DNA from: Salibacterium salarium
GTDB taxonomy: Bacteria > Bacillota > Bacilli > Bacillales > Marinococcaceae
Direction of reading: 5' to 3'
DNA: 32,000 nucleotides
Assembly: GCF_030813635.1 (NCBI RefSeq)
Contig: NZ_JAUSUM010000004.1
Span: 48,851-80,850, forward strand
The notes under the pieces are model-generated. The model saw only the letters and a list, made by a program, of their open reading frames with translations. It was not told the origin of the DNA and did not search any database. Within the stretch, counting starts at the first letter, position 1, and every line of letters begins with the position of its first letter. Made by a program: the position numbers and the translations under genes. This document shows positions 1 to 10,202 of the stretch, piece by piece.

Positions 1-149
1 TTGGAAAGTACATTCCATCTGGGTTGCTGTTCGTTCCTAGTATTCATGGAAAAAGTCATACTCCCGAAGAGTTTACAGAATTAAGTGATTGCCTTAACGG
101 AGTAGCGATGTTGCATGAAACGTTACTGGCGATAGGGGAAGAATCGTGA
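1..149 (+). CDS. 3' end (partial, starts outside window) of an M20-type Zn-amidohydrolase-like gene (allantoate amidohydrolase / N-carbamoyl-amino-acid hydrolase family)
   Basis: Reading from nt 3 gives GKYIPSGLLFVPSIHGKSHTPEEFTELSDCLNGVAMLHETLLAIGEES*, with TGA at 147-149. The FVPS..G.SH.PEE block matches the conserved C-terminal region I associate with this family. Only 48 aa are visible. It is not in the ORF track because there is no in-window start. Confidence 0.45.
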   Translation, partial: GKYIPSGLLFVPSIHGKSHTPEEFTELSDCLNGVAMLHETLLAIGEES

Positions 150-177
150 TAAGTTCCTGCCTATCACCATGTTCAAA

Positions 178-1044
178 TTATGACAAGGAAGAGGAGTAAC
201 TGACGTTAAACCATTCCGGTGCTTCTAAATGGAGAGAACGGGCATCTTCAAACCCGGCATTGTACAACGCTTCCAGTTTTGCAGGGTCTTTTTCTGTTCG
301 GTTGATTGTTAATGAATGGTCTGGACGCAGTACTTTTATTTCCCCGCGCTCTTCCATGTTTTCGACTTGATCGAGGGTTTGATTATACACGGTAGGTCTA
401 TCTATAAGAGTTTGGACAAAGTTGGGATACTTTTTGTAGTATTTACGGGCAATACGTTTGAATTTAAATGGCTCTTTCCTGTATCCCTTTTTTTGAGTTA
501 ATACGATGATATTTTTTTTGTTGCCATCCGCGATTGCTTTGTTAACAGGGATTGGATCAGCAACCCCTCCATCCAATAATTGATATCCTTTGTAGTCAAC
601 AATCGGGGCCAGCATCGGAAGACTACTTGATGCTCTTACGGCTTTTAGTACATCTTCTTGTTCATGATTTATGTAATACGGTTTGCCGGATTCGATGTCT
701 GTTGTACCTATCACAAACTTTTGATTGCTGTTACTGATTTTACTCATATCAAGTGGAATGAGGTGCCGCGGAACTTCATCATATAAAAAGTTCATCCCAA
801 ACAAGCTTTTTTCACGCCACAAATTTCGAAGACTAATAAATCGGGAATCCCCAATTAAACCAATATTCACTTTCCTATTACGCCCTTTTTGTCTTGATAA
901 ATAGGAACACGCCACTGAAGCACCAGATGATACGCCCAGTACGTAGGGGAAGTAAATATCATTTTCAAGCAAATATTCCAATATGCCAGCAGTATATACA
1001 CCGCGCATTCCTCCACCTTCAAGTACAAGTCCGATTGAGTCCAT
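178..1044 (-). CDS. patatin-like phospholipase
   Basis: ORF 178..1095. It has a GGGMRG oxyanion motif, a GVSSG (GxSxG) nucleophile elbow and a DGG catalytic-Asp motif (LLDGGVADPIP). The start was moved to ATG 1044 (MDSIGLVLEGGG...) because AAGGAG lies 8 nt upstream. The longest-ORF start at 1095 has no SD. Confidence 0.85.
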   Translation of the reverse strand: MDSIGLVLEGGGMRGVYTAGILEYLLENDIYFPYVLGVSSGASVACSYLSRQKGRNRKVNIGLIGDSRFISLRNLWREKSLFGMNFLYDEVPRHLIPLDMSKISNSNQKFVIGTTDIESGKPYYINHEQEDVLKAVRASSSLPMLAPIVDYKGYQLLDGGVADPIPVNKAIADGNKKNIIVLTQKKGYRKEPFKFKRIARKYYKKYPNFVQTLIDRPTVYNQTLDQVENMEERGEIKVLRPDHSLTINRTEKDPAKLEALYNAGFEDARSLHLEAPEWFNVSYSSSLS

Positions 1045-1210
1045 GTGAATTACTCCTTTTTCAGAAATTTGCATTGAGTGCCTTCTTATGAGCATGAAGT
1101 AGTAGAGTATAGTTAAATCCTAGCAAAAGTAGAACACGAAAACAAAAATCATGCTTGGTTTTGTTTTTCTGGAAAATGGAGAAACTATTTTTGTAAAGAA
1201 GGTGAATTGT

Positions 1211-2281
1211 GTGCCATATATTCAGCATGTCACAACGCAAAATGCCCCATACTCTGTTTCACAAGAGGAAACGGAGGTTGTTGTTCGTGAATTATTTGGT
1301 CATCATTTTTCTGATATTGACCGTTTATTAAAAATATTTAAAAATGGTCAAATTGAGAATCGTTATTTTGCTGCACCTATGGACTGGTTTCAATCCGAAC
1401 ATGGCTTAGCGGAGAAAAATAATTTATATATAAAAGAATCGGTGCGTATGGGAGTTCAGGCAGTGAAACAATGTTTAAAAGAAACGGAAACTTCTGCGGA
1501 GGAGATTGATGCCTTTTTCATGGTTTCAAGCTCTGGAATGGCTACTCCAACTTTGGACGTGAGAATTATGAATGAGCTTCATTTTTCGACTCATGTGAAA
1601 AGAATGCCACTGTGGGGATTAGGTTGTGCAGGAGGGGCATCTAGTTTAAGTCGGGCTTATGAGTTTTTGTTAGCTTACCCACATGCGAAAGTGTTGGTTC
1701 TTTGTATAGAGCTTTGCAGTCTTACATTTCAACGAGGAGATATATCAAAAAGTAACCTAATTGGCACTTCGCTTTTTGCTGACGGTTGTGCTTGTGTCTT
1801 GATGACAGGAGAGGAAGTGAAACCAGAAAATAACCGCCCTCGTGTTATCGATTGTCACTCCACTTTAATGCCGCATTCTGAAGAAGTGATGGGGTGGGAT
1901 GTGCTGGATGAAGGACTGCATGTCATATTTTCGAGAGACATCCCCTCCATTATTGAAAGCTGGTTGAAGCCGAATGTCGAAGAGTTTTTAGCTAAACTTC
2001 AAAGACAACCGTCGGATATTGATCATTTTGTCGCTCATCCTGGTGGAAGGAAAGTATTACAAGCTTATGAGAAATCATTAGGGTTTTCCGAGGATAAAAC
2101 AAGGCCTGCTAGAGACGTGTTGAAAAGTCATGGTAATATGTCTTCACCAACCGTATTGTACGTGTTAAAAGATATTATCGAGCATGAGGCTAGTTCTGGA
2201 GAACAAGGGCTCGTCACAGCTTTGGGTCCGGGGTTCAGTTCGGAGATGCTGTGGCTTGAATGGGGAGCAGAAAAATCATGA
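1211..2281 (+). CDS. bpsA: type III polyketide synthase (chalcone-synthase superfamily, BpsA-like)
   Basis: ORF 1151..2281. The Cys-His-Asn triad contexts are present: GLGCAGGAS, AHPGGRKVL, HGNMSSPTVL. GTG 1211 is preferred as the start (GAAGG SD ~9 nt upstream; N-terminus VPYIQHV... matches the length of homologs). ATG 1151 has no SD and sits in a hairpin loop. The start is uncertain by 60 nt. Confidence 0.8.
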   Translation: MPYIQHVTTQNAPYSVSQEETEVVVRELFGHHFSDIDRLLKIFKNGQIENRYFAAPMDWFQSEHGLAEKNNLYIKESVRMGVQAVKQCLKETETSAEEIDAFFMVSSSGMATPTLDVRIMNELHFSTHVKRMPLWGLGCAGGASSLSRAYEFLLAYPHAKVLVLCIELCSLTFQRGDISKSNLIGTSLFADGCACVLMTGEEVKPENNRPRVIDCHSTLMPHSEEVMGWDVLDEGLHVIFSRDIPSIIESWLKPNVEEFLAKLQRQPSDIDHFVAHPGGRKVLQAYEKSLGFSEDKTRPARDVLKSHGNMSSPTVLYVLKDIIEHEASSGEQGLVTALGPGFSSEMLWLEWGAEKS

Positions 2282-2790
2282 CTTTATTTATCGGTTTATT
2301 TGTTATCATTGTTTTACAGAGGTTGGGGGAAATAACGTACGCTCGTTACAATGAAAAAAGAATGAAGGAAAACGGGGCGATCGAAGCTGGTGTTTCTCAT
2401 TACAAGTGGATTGTAATACTGCATACGTTATTTCTTCTATCCCTTTTAGTCGAAGTATGGATTCGACCAGAGTTCTTAGGGACAGGCTGGGGTATTTTAT
2501 TAGCTGTCTATCTTTTTGTTCAGCTTCTAAGAGTGTGGACTCTTGCCTCTTTAGGACGTTTTTGGAATACAAAGATTATCGTTCTTCCAGGTTCTAAACG
2601 AGTGAAAAAGGGACCGTTTCGATGGATGCCACACCCAAATTATCTTGTCGTTGCACTGGAAATAGCCATATTGCCACTTATATTCGGTGCATGGGTAACG
2701 GCTATTGTTTTTACTATTTTAAATGGATTGCTACTATTGCTTGTCAGGATTCCGATTGAAGCCAAAGCACTAGAGTCTTATACAAAATAA
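2278..2790 (+). CDS. bpsB: isoprenylcysteine-carboxyl-methyltransferase-family membrane methyltransferase (BpsB/YpbQ-like)
   Basis: The protein is polytopic and hydrophobic, with GPFRWMPHPNYL (ICMT-type RHPxY-like motif). ATG 2278 overlaps the PKS stop (ATGA, 2278-2281), which indicates translational coupling. PKS followed by this methyltransferase is the known bpsA-bpsB arrangement in B. subtilis. Confidence 0.7.
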   Translation: MTLFIGLFVIIVLQRLGEITYARYNEKRMKENGAIEAGVSHYKWIVILHTLFLLSLLVEVWIRPEFLGTGWGILLAVYLFVQLLRVWTLASLGRFWNTKIIVLPGSKRVKKGPFRWMPHPNYLVVALEIAILPLIFGAWVTAIVFTILNGLLLLLVRIPIEAKALESYTK

Positions 2791-2818
2791 CACAAGGGAC
2801 AAATAGGGGAGATCATCG

Positions 2819-3019
2819 TTGTCAAAAAAACAAAAAAAGAAAAAATTTGAAGTGGAAGAAAAGGAAACAATTGATGACTGCTTAAACAGAATAGCAGCTG
2901 AAGGGTATATCCCTGTGCGGCGAATGGAGGAACCTGTTTTTCAAGAAGTAACCAAAGACGGAAAAACAGAGCATATACCGCTGAAACAACGGATCATATT
3001 TGAAGCAACTTTACAATAA
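2819..3019 (+). CDS. yebG: small NETI-motif protein (YebG-like)
   Basis: 66 aa with a TTG start and an AGGGGAG SD 8 nt upstream. The sequence EEKETIDDCLNRIAAEGYIPVRR matches the NETI-motif family. It lies directly upstream of purE, as yebG does in B. subtilis (from memory). Confidence 0.55.
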   Translation: MSKKQKKKKFEVEEKETIDDCLNRIAAEGYIPVRRMEEPVFQEVTKDGKTEHIPLKQRIIFEATLQ

Positions 3020-3059
3020 CCGAACATTATAAGTTCGTTTAATTAGAATGTTCGATTTT
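3016..3059. promoter_or_regulatory. PurR operator: inverted pair of PurBoxes
   Basis: ATAACCGAACATT (3016-3028) matches the B. subtilis PurBox consensus AWWWCCGAACWWT at 13/13. AATGTTCGATTTT (3047-3059; reverse complement AAAATCGAACATT) matches at 12/13 in inverted orientation, 18 nt away. The pair sits just upstream of the pur promoter. Confidence 0.6.
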
Positions 3060-3074
3060 TGTTTGACAGATTTC

Positions 3075-3103
3075 ATGACATCTTGTTAAGCTGTATATGT
3101 AAT
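3075..3103 (+). promoter_or_regulatory. candidate sigma-A promoter of the pur operon
   Basis: ATGACA (3075-3080), a 17-nt spacer, then TGTAAT (3098-3103). A perfect TTGACA at 3063-3068 lacks a good -10 at 16-18 nt. The exact hexamers are uncertain. Confidence 0.35.
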
Positions 3104-3129
3104 CAAAAGAAAAAAGTGAAATGTTCTTA

Positions 3130-3199
3130 CCTCATATATTATCAGGAATACGGCCTGAACAGTTTCTACCCGGAGACCCTAAATCACCGGACTATGAGG
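3130..3199 (+). promoter_or_regulatory. purine riboswitch aptamer, guanine/hypoxanthine class (G-box)
   Basis: P1 is CCTCATA / TATGAGG. P2 is TCAGG-AATACGG-CCTGA. The conserved J2/3 AGTTTCTAC is present. P3 is CCGGAGA-CCCTAAA-TCACCGG. The discriminator C in ...CCGGACTATGAGG indicates guanine specificity. The aptamer aligns nearly position-for-position with the B. subtilis xpt/pur G-box. Confidence 0.9.
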
Positions 3200-3286
3200 G
3201 GAAGTATGGCAAGGAACCGGATATGTAGACCAGCCGGAAAGGCAATTGAATGTTATTGCCTGTTCATGACTGTATAATGTGCATTC

Positions 3287-3349
3287 CACCCCGGCGAATT
3301 GGCAGCTTTCTCTTATAGGAGGAAACTGTCAAGGCCGGGGTGTTTTAAT
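3287..3349 (+). terminator. riboswitch expression-platform intrinsic terminator (pur attenuator)
   Basis: CACCCCGGC (3287-3295) pairs with GCCGGGGTG (3334-3342), with additional inner pairing (TTGGCAG/CTGTCAA), followed by TTTTAATG. It lies between the aptamer and the purE SD. Confidence 0.6.
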
Positions 3350-3374
3350 GTGTAAAGGAAGGAGAAAGGATAAG

Positions 3375-3860
3375 ATGGAAGCTCAAGTAGGTGTCATAAT
3401 GGGAAGTACGTCTGATTGGGATACGATGAGTTATGCGACGGAAGTGCTTGATGAGTTATCTGTCCCTTATGAGAAAAAAGTAGTCTCAGCGCACCGGACG
3501 CCTGATCTTATGTTTGAATATGCAGAATCAGCAAAAGAGAGAGGGCTCAAAACAATTATAGCGGGAGCAGGAGGAGCTGCCCATCTTCCGGGTATGGTTG
3601 CTGCAAAGACAACCCTTCCTGTCATTGGGGTGCCGATTCAATCAAAAGCTTTGAACGGAATGGATTCTCTCTTATCTATTGCTCAAATGCCGGGAGGAGT
3701 ACCGGTTGCAACAGTTGCTATAGGAAAAGCAGGAGCAGTGAATGCTGGATTATTAGCAGCTCAATTTTTAGCAGCTTTCGATGACGAATTGGCAAGTCGA
3801 TTGGAGCAAAGAAGAGAAGCTTTACGTCAAAAAGTCATTGAAACGGGGGATTTATCATGA
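3375..3860 (+). CDS. purE: N5-carboxyaminoimidazole ribonucleotide mutase
   Basis: Sequence [15 protein letters not shown]...[10 protein letters not shown]. The start was moved from 3279 to ATG 3375 (AAGGAGAAAGG SD) because the longer ORF would run through the attenuator terminator. Confidence 0.95.
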   Translation: MEAQVGVIMGSTSDWDTMSYATEVLDELSVPYEKKVVSAHRTPDLMFEYAESAKERGLKTIIAGAGGAAHLPGMVAAKTTLPVIGVPIQSKALNGMDSLLSIAQMPGGVPVATVAIGKAGAVNAGLLAAQFLAAFDDELASRLEQRREALRQKVIETGDLS

Positions 3861-4996
3861 CTACTTTTTTGTCACCAGGAAAAACGATAGGAATATTAGG
3901 AGGCGGTCAACTCGGGCGTATGATGGCTTTGGCTGCAAGAGCCATGGGTTATCGCATTGCTGTGCTTGAAGCAAAAGCCGATTCTCCAACAGCTCAAATA
4001 GCCGATGTTACAGTCGAAGCTCCGTATGATGATCGAAAAGCTGCCGAGAAACTTGCTGAACATTGTGATGTGCTCACTTATGAGTTCGAAAATATTGACT
4101 CAAATACCGCTTCGTTTTTAGAAGAAACGATGTATTTACCGCAAGGAAGCAACCTTCTTTACACAACGCAGCACCGCCTTCGCGAAAAACAAGCCATTCA
4201 AAATGCTGGCGTAGATGTTTCGCCGTATCGTGCTGTACATTCCTTGCAATCGTTAAAAACAGCTCTTCAAGACTTGGGGTATCCTGCTGTATTAAAGACT
4301 TGCCAAGGTGGCTACGACGGAAAAGGCCAAGTGGTAATTAATGAAGAAGCAGAGGCAGAAGCTTGTTTTCGTGAGGTATCTAGTAACACGGACGATTTTG
4401 TACTTGAATCATGGATTCCATTTGAAAAAGAAATATCGGTTATTGTGACAAGGAGCACAACCGGAGATATTTCAACTTTTCCAGTAGGAGAGAACATACA
4501 TAAGAATAATATTCTGCATCAGACCATTGTTCCAGCGGCCATATCTTCTACTACAGAGCAAATAGCTCTCGAAAAGGCCTATAACATAGCAGAAAGACTC
4601 GAACTTGTCGGAACGCTGGCGGTAGAAATGTTCGTCGTTGATGAAGAAACGGTCTATGTTAATGAGTTGGCGCCTCGTCCCCATAACTCTGGTCATTATA
4701 CGATAGAAGCGTGTGAAACGTCGCAGTTTGAACAGCACATCCGCGCTGTCTGCGGTTGGCCGCTTGGTTCTACGGAACTATTAAAACCAGTAGTTATGAC
4801 TAATATTTTAGGGCAGGACGTGCCGTTTGTGATGGATAATCTTAAAGACTTCGGCATAGGTCATGTTCATTTTTATGGGAAACAGGAAGCTAAAACTGGT
4901 AGAAAGATGGGCCATTGGACCGTTCTAGCTGCAACGAAATCAGAAGCGATAAAAAAGACAAACAATATTTGGAACATAAAGACATCGCAGTCTTAA
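3857..4996 (+). CDS. purK: N5-carboxyaminoimidazole ribonucleotide synthase (ATP-grasp)
   Basis: [13 protein letters not shown]-terminus and an ATP-grasp body. ATGA overlap with the purE stop. Confidence 0.95.
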   Translation: MTTFLSPGKTIGILGGGQLGRMMALAARAMGYRIAVLEAKADSPTAQIADVTVEAPYDDRKAAEKLAEHCDVLTYEFENIDSNTASFLEETMYLPQGSNLLYTTQHRLREKQAIQNAGVDVSPYRAVHSLQSLKTALQDLGYPAVLKTCQGGYDGKGQVVINEEAEAEACFREVSSNTDDFVLESWIPFEKEISVIVTRSTTGDISTFPVGENIHKNNILHQTIVPAAISSTTEQIALEKAYNIAERLELVGTLAVEMFVVDEETVYVNELAPRPHNSGHYTIEACETSQFEQHIRAVCGWPLGSTELLKPVVMTNILGQDVPFVMDNLKDFGIGHVHFYGKQEAKTGRKMGHWTVLAATKSEAIKKTNNIWNIKTSQS

Positions 4997-5028
4997 AGAA
5001 AAGATAGATAAAGAGTGGAGGAAATCAA

Positions 5029-6324
5029 ATGATTGAACGGTATACACGTCCCGAAATGGGAGCCATCTGGACAGAAGAAAACCGCTTTAATGCCTGGTTA
5101 GAAGTAGAAATTTCCGCCTGTGAAGTGTGGGCAGAGTATGGAGACATTCCAAAAGAAGATGTACAGAAGATTCGAGAGAACGCGGGGTTTGATGTTGATC
5201 GCATCAACGAAATTGAAGCCGAAACGCGTCACGATGTTGTCGCTTTTACTCGGGCGGTGTCAGAAACGTTAGGAGAGGAAAAAAAGTGGGTTCATTACGG
5301 GTTGACCTCAACCGATGTGGTCGATACTGCTTTGTCCTATTTGTTGAAACAAGCAAATGATATTTTACTAAACGATCTTGAAAATTTTCTTGCCATTTTA
5401 AAAAACAAGGCAATAGAGCATAAATACACTGTCATGATGGGACGGACACATGGAGTACATGCTGAGCCGACAACTTTCGGGATGAAACTCGCATTATGGT
5501 ATGAAGAAATGAAACGTAATATTGAACGTTTCAAGGCAGCTTCTGAAACAGTCCGGGTCGGAAAACTATCCGGTGCGGTTGGGACATTTGCTAATATTCC
5601 ACCGTTTATTGAAGAACACGTTTGCAAAAAGCTAGGACTTGAACCAGCTCCTGTTTCTACACAAACGTTGCAACGAGACCGCCATGCCCACTATATGAGC
5701 ACTCTTTCTTTGATAGCAACATCGATTGAGAAAATGGCAGTAGAAATTCGCAGTCTTCAAAAAAGTGAAACACGGGAAGTGGAAGAATTTTTTGCAAAAG
5801 GTCAAAAAGGATCGTCTGCTATGCCACATAAACGAAATCCTATCGGATCAGAAAATATGACCGGAATTGCTAGAGTTATTCGAGGCCACATGATGACTGC
5901 TTACGAAAATGTTGCCCTTTGGCACGAAAGAGATATTTCTCACTCTTCTGCTGAACGAATCATTTTGCCGGATGCAACGATTGCATTGAATTACATGCTG
6001 AATCGTTTTGGCAACATTGTCGATAAGTTGACCGTATTTCCTGAAAATATGAAGTCGAACATGGAGCGAACTTTCGGCTTAACGTATTCTCAACAAGTGC
6101 TGCTCACCCTTATTAATAAAGGAATGGCCCGAGAACAGGCTTATGATCTTGTCCAACCAAAAGCTATGGAAGCTTGGGAAAAAGGAATATCGTTCCGCTC
6201 TATTATTGAACAAGAACCACGTATTACAGAAACGTTGACAGAGCAGGAAATCGATAGCTGTTTTGATTACAATCACCATTTGAAACAGATTGATACGGTT
6301 TTCAAAAGAACGGGGCTCGAATAA
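5029..6324 (+). CDS. purB: adenylosuccinate lyase
   Basis: [10 protein letters not shown]...[11 protein letters not shown] fumarate-lyase signature. GGAGG SD upstream. Confidence 0.96.
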   Translation: MIERYTRPEMGAIWTEENRFNAWLEVEISACEVWAEYGDIPKEDVQKIRENAGFDVDRINEIEAETRHDVVAFTRAVSETLGEEKKWVHYGLTSTDVVDTALSYLLKQANDILLNDLENFLAILKNKAIEHKYTVMMGRTHGVHAEPTTFGMKLALWYEEMKRNIERFKAASETVRVGKLSGAVGTFANIPPFIEEHVCKKLGLEPAPVSTQTLQRDRHAHYMSTLSLIATSIEKMAVEIRSLQKSETREVEEFFAKGQKGSSAMPHKRNPIGSENMTGIARVIRGHMMTAYENVALWHERDISHSSAERIILPDATIALNYMLNRFGNIVDKLTVFPENMKSNMERTFGLTYSQQVLLTLINKGMAREQAYDLVQPKAMEAWEKGISFRSIIEQEPRITETLTEQEIDSCFDYNHHLKQIDTVFKRTGLE

Positions 6325-6346
6325 GGAAAAGGGGAGGCAATCCTGG

Positions 6347-7066
6347 ATGGAAAAACAAGCACTGTTGTATGAAGGCAAAGCAAAAAAACTTTATCAAACG
6401 AATGAGTCTGAATTATTGTGGGTCGAATACAAAGATGATGCGACTGCATTTAATGGAGAAAAACAAGAAATTTTATCAGGAAAAGGTCTATTAAACAATG
6501 AAATATCTTCTTTGCTGTTTGAGAAGCTAGCAGAAAACGGAATTCCTAGTCATTTTAAAAAAAAGCTGTCCAGCACAGAACAATTGGTGACAAAAACGGA
6601 CATTATTCCCTTGGAAGTAGTGGTTCGTAATGTTGTTGCGGGGAGTCTTCACAAAAGAACAGGGATAGAAGAAGGAACAGAGCTCCACCAACCCATTGTT
6701 GAGTTTTATTATAAAGACGATGCATTAGGTGATCCGCTGATTAACCATGATCACATACGCATCCTTCAAGCAGCTGTTCCTGAGCAGGTAGAGAGCATGA
6801 AAGAAAAAGCTTTAGCGGTGAATGAATCATTGAAGGCGCATTTTCAAAGCTGTGGCCTTATCCTTGTCGATTTCAAGTTGGAATTTGGAACAACGGCGGA
6901 CGGTACATTGATACTAGCCGATGAAATTTCGCCGGATACCTGCCGCCTTTGGGATGAAAAAACAAGAGAAAAATTCGATAAAGATGTTTTTCGTTATGGC
7001 CTTGGTTCCCTGCAGGATGGTTATACAGAAATATTAAAAAGACTGGGAGGTTCTGTTCATGATTAA
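6347..7066 (+). CDS. purC: SAICAR synthetase
   Basis: MEKQALLYEGKAKKLY... N-terminus typical of PurC. The start was moved from 6290 to ATG 6347 (GGGGAGG SD). The longer ORF overlaps the purB end. Confidence 0.95.
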   Translation: MEKQALLYEGKAKKLYQTNESELLWVEYKDDATAFNGEKQEILSGKGLLNNEISSLLFEKLAENGIPSHFKKKLSSTEQLVTKTDIIPLEVVVRNVVAGSLHKRTGIEEGTELHQPIVEFYYKDDALGDPLINHDHIRILQAAVPEQVESMKEKALAVNESLKAHFQSCGLILVDFKLEFGTTADGTLILADEISPDTCRLWDEKTREKFDKDVFRYGLGSLQDGYTEILKRLGGSVHD

Positions 7067-7307
7067 AGTCCACGTTTACGTGACATTAAAAGCAGGAGTG
7101 CTTGATCCGCAAGGGAGTGCGATTACCAATTCTCTTCACACGATGAACTATGATGAAGTACAGAGCGTGCGCACAGGGAAATTCATTGAATTAGAAGTAG
7201 AAAATACAAAAAACTTGGAACAGCGTGTAGAAGAAATGTGCGAGAAGCTACTATCCAATCCGGTTATTGAAGATTACACGTACACGATTGGGGAGGCTGT
7301 TTCATAA
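7059..7307 (+). CDS. purS: FGAM synthase subunit PurS
   Basis: 82 aa, [22 protein letters not shown], matching PurS/YexA. It overlaps the purC end by 8 nt. Confidence 0.93.
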   Translation: MIKVHVYVTLKAGVLDPQGSAITNSLHTMNYDEVQSVRTGKFIELEVENTKNLEQRVEEMCEKLLSNPVIEDYTYTIGEAVS

Positions 7308-7990
7308 TGAAATTTGCAGTTATTGTTTTTCCAGGATCTAATTGCGATAACGATATGTATTATGCAATCGAAGAAGGACTAGAAGAAGAAATCGATAAAG
7401 TGTGGTATACCGAAACGGACGTATCTAAATACGACGCTATTCTATTGCCGGGAGGATTCTCGTATGGAGACTACCTCCGTTCCGGTGCGATTGCAAGATT
7501 TGCCCCTGTTATGGAAAGTGTTATCGAAGAGGCAGACAAAGGCAAGCCTGTTCTCGGTGTTTGTAATGGATTCCAGGTGCTGCTTGAAGCGCGTCTTCTA
7601 CCAGGTGCCATGCAGCGGAATAAAGATTTAAAATTCATTTGCCGACCGACTGAACTAATAGTAGAAAACGATCAAACCGGATTTACGAATGCCTATGAAA
7701 TAGGGGAGTCTGTGACGATTCCTGTGGCTCACGGAGAAGGAAACTACTATTGTGACGAACAAACATTGAAAGAACTTCAACGCAATAAGCAAATTGTATT
7801 CACGTACCGCAACGATATTAATGGTTCGACAGCAAATATAGCAGGCATTGTAAATGAACAAGGCAATGTACTCGGAATGATGCCGCATCCTGAACGAGCA
7901 ACATCAGACCTGTTAGGAAGTGCAGACGGCTTAAAGCTATTTAAATCCATGTTAAAGCATTGGAGGGAATCTTATGTCCTTACTCCTTGA
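7307..7990 (+). CDS. purQ: FGAM synthase glutaminase subunit
   Basis: [14 protein letters not shown]... and GVCNGFQ (nucleophile Cys) ... MPHPER. TAATG overlap with purS. Confidence 0.95.
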   Translation: MKFAVIVFPGSNCDNDMYYAIEEGLEEEIDKVWYTETDVSKYDAILLPGGFSYGDYLRSGAIARFAPVMESVIEEADKGKPVLGVCNGFQVLLEARLLPGAMQRNKDLKFICRPTELIVENDQTGFTNAYEIGESVTIPVAHGEGNYYCDEQTLKELQRNKQIVFTYRNDINGSTANIAGIVNEQGNVLGMMPHPERATSDLLGSADGLKLFKSMLKHWRESYVLTP

Positions 7991-10202
7991 ACCATCACCG
8001 CAGCAAATAAAAGATGACAAAATTTATCAAGAGATGGGCTTAAAAGACGAAGAATTTGCCATGGTGGAAAAAATTCTCGGACGCGCACCAAACTATACAG
8101 AAACGGGCGTTTTTTCCGTCATGTGGTCGGAACATTGCAGCTATAAACATTCAAAAGTACTATTAAAAAAATTCCCTAGTAAAGGTGAAAGAGTTCTCCA
8201 AGGACCAGGGGAAGGTGCAGGTATTGTCGATATAGGTGATGGTCAGGCGGTAGCTTTTAAGATGGAGAGTCACAATCACCCGTCTGCGATAGAACCATAT
8301 CAAGGAGCAGCCACTGGAGTCGGGGGCATATTACGTGACGTCTTTTCGATGGGAGCAAAGCCCATTGCACTAATGAACTCCTTAAGATTTGGAGAACTTC
8401 AATCAGCAAGAGGACGTTATTTATTCGAAGAAGTTGTTGCAGGTATAGCAGGTTACGGAAATTGTGTTGGCGTGCCTACGGTTGGCGGTGAAGTTCAATT
8501 TGACCCATGCTATGAAGGAAATCCGCTAATGAACGCGATGTGTGTCGGATTGATTGATCATAAAGATATTCAAAAAGGTGTCGCTGAAGGAACCGGCAAT
8601 ACGGTTATGTACGTAGGTGCAAGCACAGGAAAAGATGGAATTCATGGAGCTACGTTTGCTTCTGAGGAATTGAGCGAAGAATCAGAAAGTAAGCGCCCAT
8701 CCGTTCAAGTTGGCGATCCATTTATGGAAAAACTGCTACTCGAAGCCTGTCTTGAACTTGTACAGTTGGATTCTCTCGTAGGAATTCAAGATATGGGAGC
8801 GGCAGGCCTTGCTTCGTCTTCTTCTGAAATGGCAAGCAAAGCTGGGTTTGGAATCGAGATGGATTTGGATAAAGTACCGCAACGCGAAAAAGATATGACA
8901 CCTTACGAAATGATGCTTTCTGAGTCACAGGAGCGGATGCTTCTTGTCGTGAAAAAAGGGCATGAACAAGAAGTAAGAAATATTTGTGACCGTTGGGGAT
9001 TATATGCCGCCGAAGTGGGTCGTGTTACCGAAGAACAAACTCTGCGCCTGCTTCATCAAAACGAAGTAGTAGCGGAAATCCCGGCAGACGCTCTTGCTGA
9101 AGAGGCTCCTGTATATCACCCAGAATCAATAGAACATGCCGCATTTACAAAAAATCAACAAATAAAAGAAACCGTTTTTCATATAGATGACCCGAAGAAA
9201 ACGTTAATTGACTTGCTACAGCAGCCAACCATCGCAAGTAAAGAATGGATTTATGATCAGTACGATTATATGGTCCAAACCAACACGGTGGTCCAGCCAG
9301 GTTCAGATGCAGCTGTATTGCGGGTAAGAGATAAGAATAAAGCTCTTGCAATGACGACAGATAGTAACTCTCGTTTTATTTATCTTGATCCAGAAACCGG
9401 CGGTAAAATCGCAGTAGCAGAATCGGCAAGAAATATCGTATGTTCAGGCGGTATTCCGCTCGGTTTAACAGATTGCTTGAATTATGGTAACCCAGAAAAC
9501 CCAGAAATTTATTGGCAGCTTGAAAAATCAACAGATGGCATGTCAGCCGCGTGTGAAACGTTGGAAACGCCGGTTATTGGAGGAAACGTTTCTCTTTACA
9601 ATGAAACAAAGGCTGGCGCTGTTTATCCAACCCCTGTTGTAGGAATGGTTGGGTTAATTGAAAATCTAGAGCATATTACAACGCAATCCTTTAAACAGGC
9701 AGGAGATGCTGTATATGTTATCGGGGAGACGACACCGGATTTTGGAGGAAGTGAACTGCAAAAGCTTCTTGAAGGTGACATTTCTGGAAAAGCACCATCC
9801 CTTGATCTCGAATTGGAGAAACACCGTCAAAATCAAGTACTTGAAGCGATTCGGGCAGGTCTTGTTCAATCGGCTCATGATTTGGCTGAAGGTGGACTTG
9901 GAGTTGCCATCGCAGAAAGCTTGATGGATACAGGGCTTGGAGCAACGGTCACCATTTCTGAAGAAGTGGCAACAGATTTGTTTTCTGAAACGCAGTCTCG
10001 TTTTCTAGTGTCTGTTCCTGCTCATAAAAAGAAGTCATTTCAAAAAATGGTACCTGATGCTAGATACCTTGGAACGGTTACGAATGACAGTCAGCTTGAA
10101 GTGTACGAACAATCAGGGGAAATAGTGTTACAGGCGAAAGTAGATGAACTAGAAGATGCCTGGAAAGGAGCCATTCCATGCTTGGTGAAATCAAGGGATT
10201 AA
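7974..10202 (+). CDS. purL: FGAM synthase large subunit
   Basis: 742 aa. [23 protein letters not shown]... is near-identical in pattern to the B. subtilis PurL N-terminus. It overlaps purQ by 17 nt. Confidence 0.96.
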   Translation: MSLLLEPSPQQIKDDKIYQEMGLKDEEFAMVEKILGRAPNYTETGVFSVMWSEHCSYKHSKVLLKKFPSKGERVLQGPGEGAGIVDIGDGQAVAFKMESHNHPSAIEPYQGAATGVGGILRDVFSMGAKPIALMNSLRFGELQSARGRYLFEEVVAGIAGYGNCVGVPTVGGEVQFDPCYEGNPLMNAMCVGLIDHKDIQKGVAEGTGNTVMYVGASTGKDGIHGATFASEELSEESESKRPSVQVGDPFMEKLLLEACLELVQLDSLVGIQDMGAAGLASSSSEMASKAGFGIEMDLDKVPQREKDMTPYEMMLSESQERMLLVVKKGHEQEVRNICDRWGLYAAEVGRVTEEQTLRLLHQNEVVAEIPADALAEEAPVYHPESIEHAAFTKNQQIKETVFHIDDPKKTLIDLLQQPTIASKEWIYDQYDYMVQTNTVVQPGSDAAVLRVRDKNKALAMTTDSNSRFIYLDPETGGKIAVAESARNIVCSGGIPLGLTDCLNYGNPENPEIYWQLEKSTDGMSAACETLETPVIGGNVSLYNETKAGAVYPTPVVGMVGLIENLEHITTQSFKQAGDAVYVIGETTPDFGGSELQKLLEGDISGKAPSLDLELEKHRQNQVLEAIRAGLVQSAHDLAEGGLGVAIAESLMDTGLGATVTISEEVATDLFSETQSRFLVSVPAHKKKSFQKMVPDARYLGTVTNDSQLEVYEQSGEIVLQAKVDELEDAWKGAIPCLVKSRD

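Noticed and set aside
146-167. Hairpin GTGATA-N10-TATCAC in the 28-nt gap between the convergent amidohydrolase and patatin genes
   Set aside because: It has a 6-bp A/T-rich stem and no U-tract on either strand, and it overlaps a stop codon. That is too weak to call a terminator.
1139-1170. 10-bp A/T-rich stem GAAAACAAAA / TTTTGTTTTT (one G-T wobble, one G-C pair) enclosing ATG 1151, upstream of the PKS gene
   Set aside because: The stem is almost pure A-T, so it is marginally stable, and the flanking genes are divergent, so no terminator is needed. I only use it as weak support for preferring GTG 1211 over ATG 1151 as the PKS start.
3059-3277. 72-aa ORF in the track (MFDRFHDILLSC...)
   Set aside because: It spans the pur promoter, the whole guanine riboswitch aptamer and the expression platform. 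It has no SD and an implausible composition. The region is better explained as an RNA leader.
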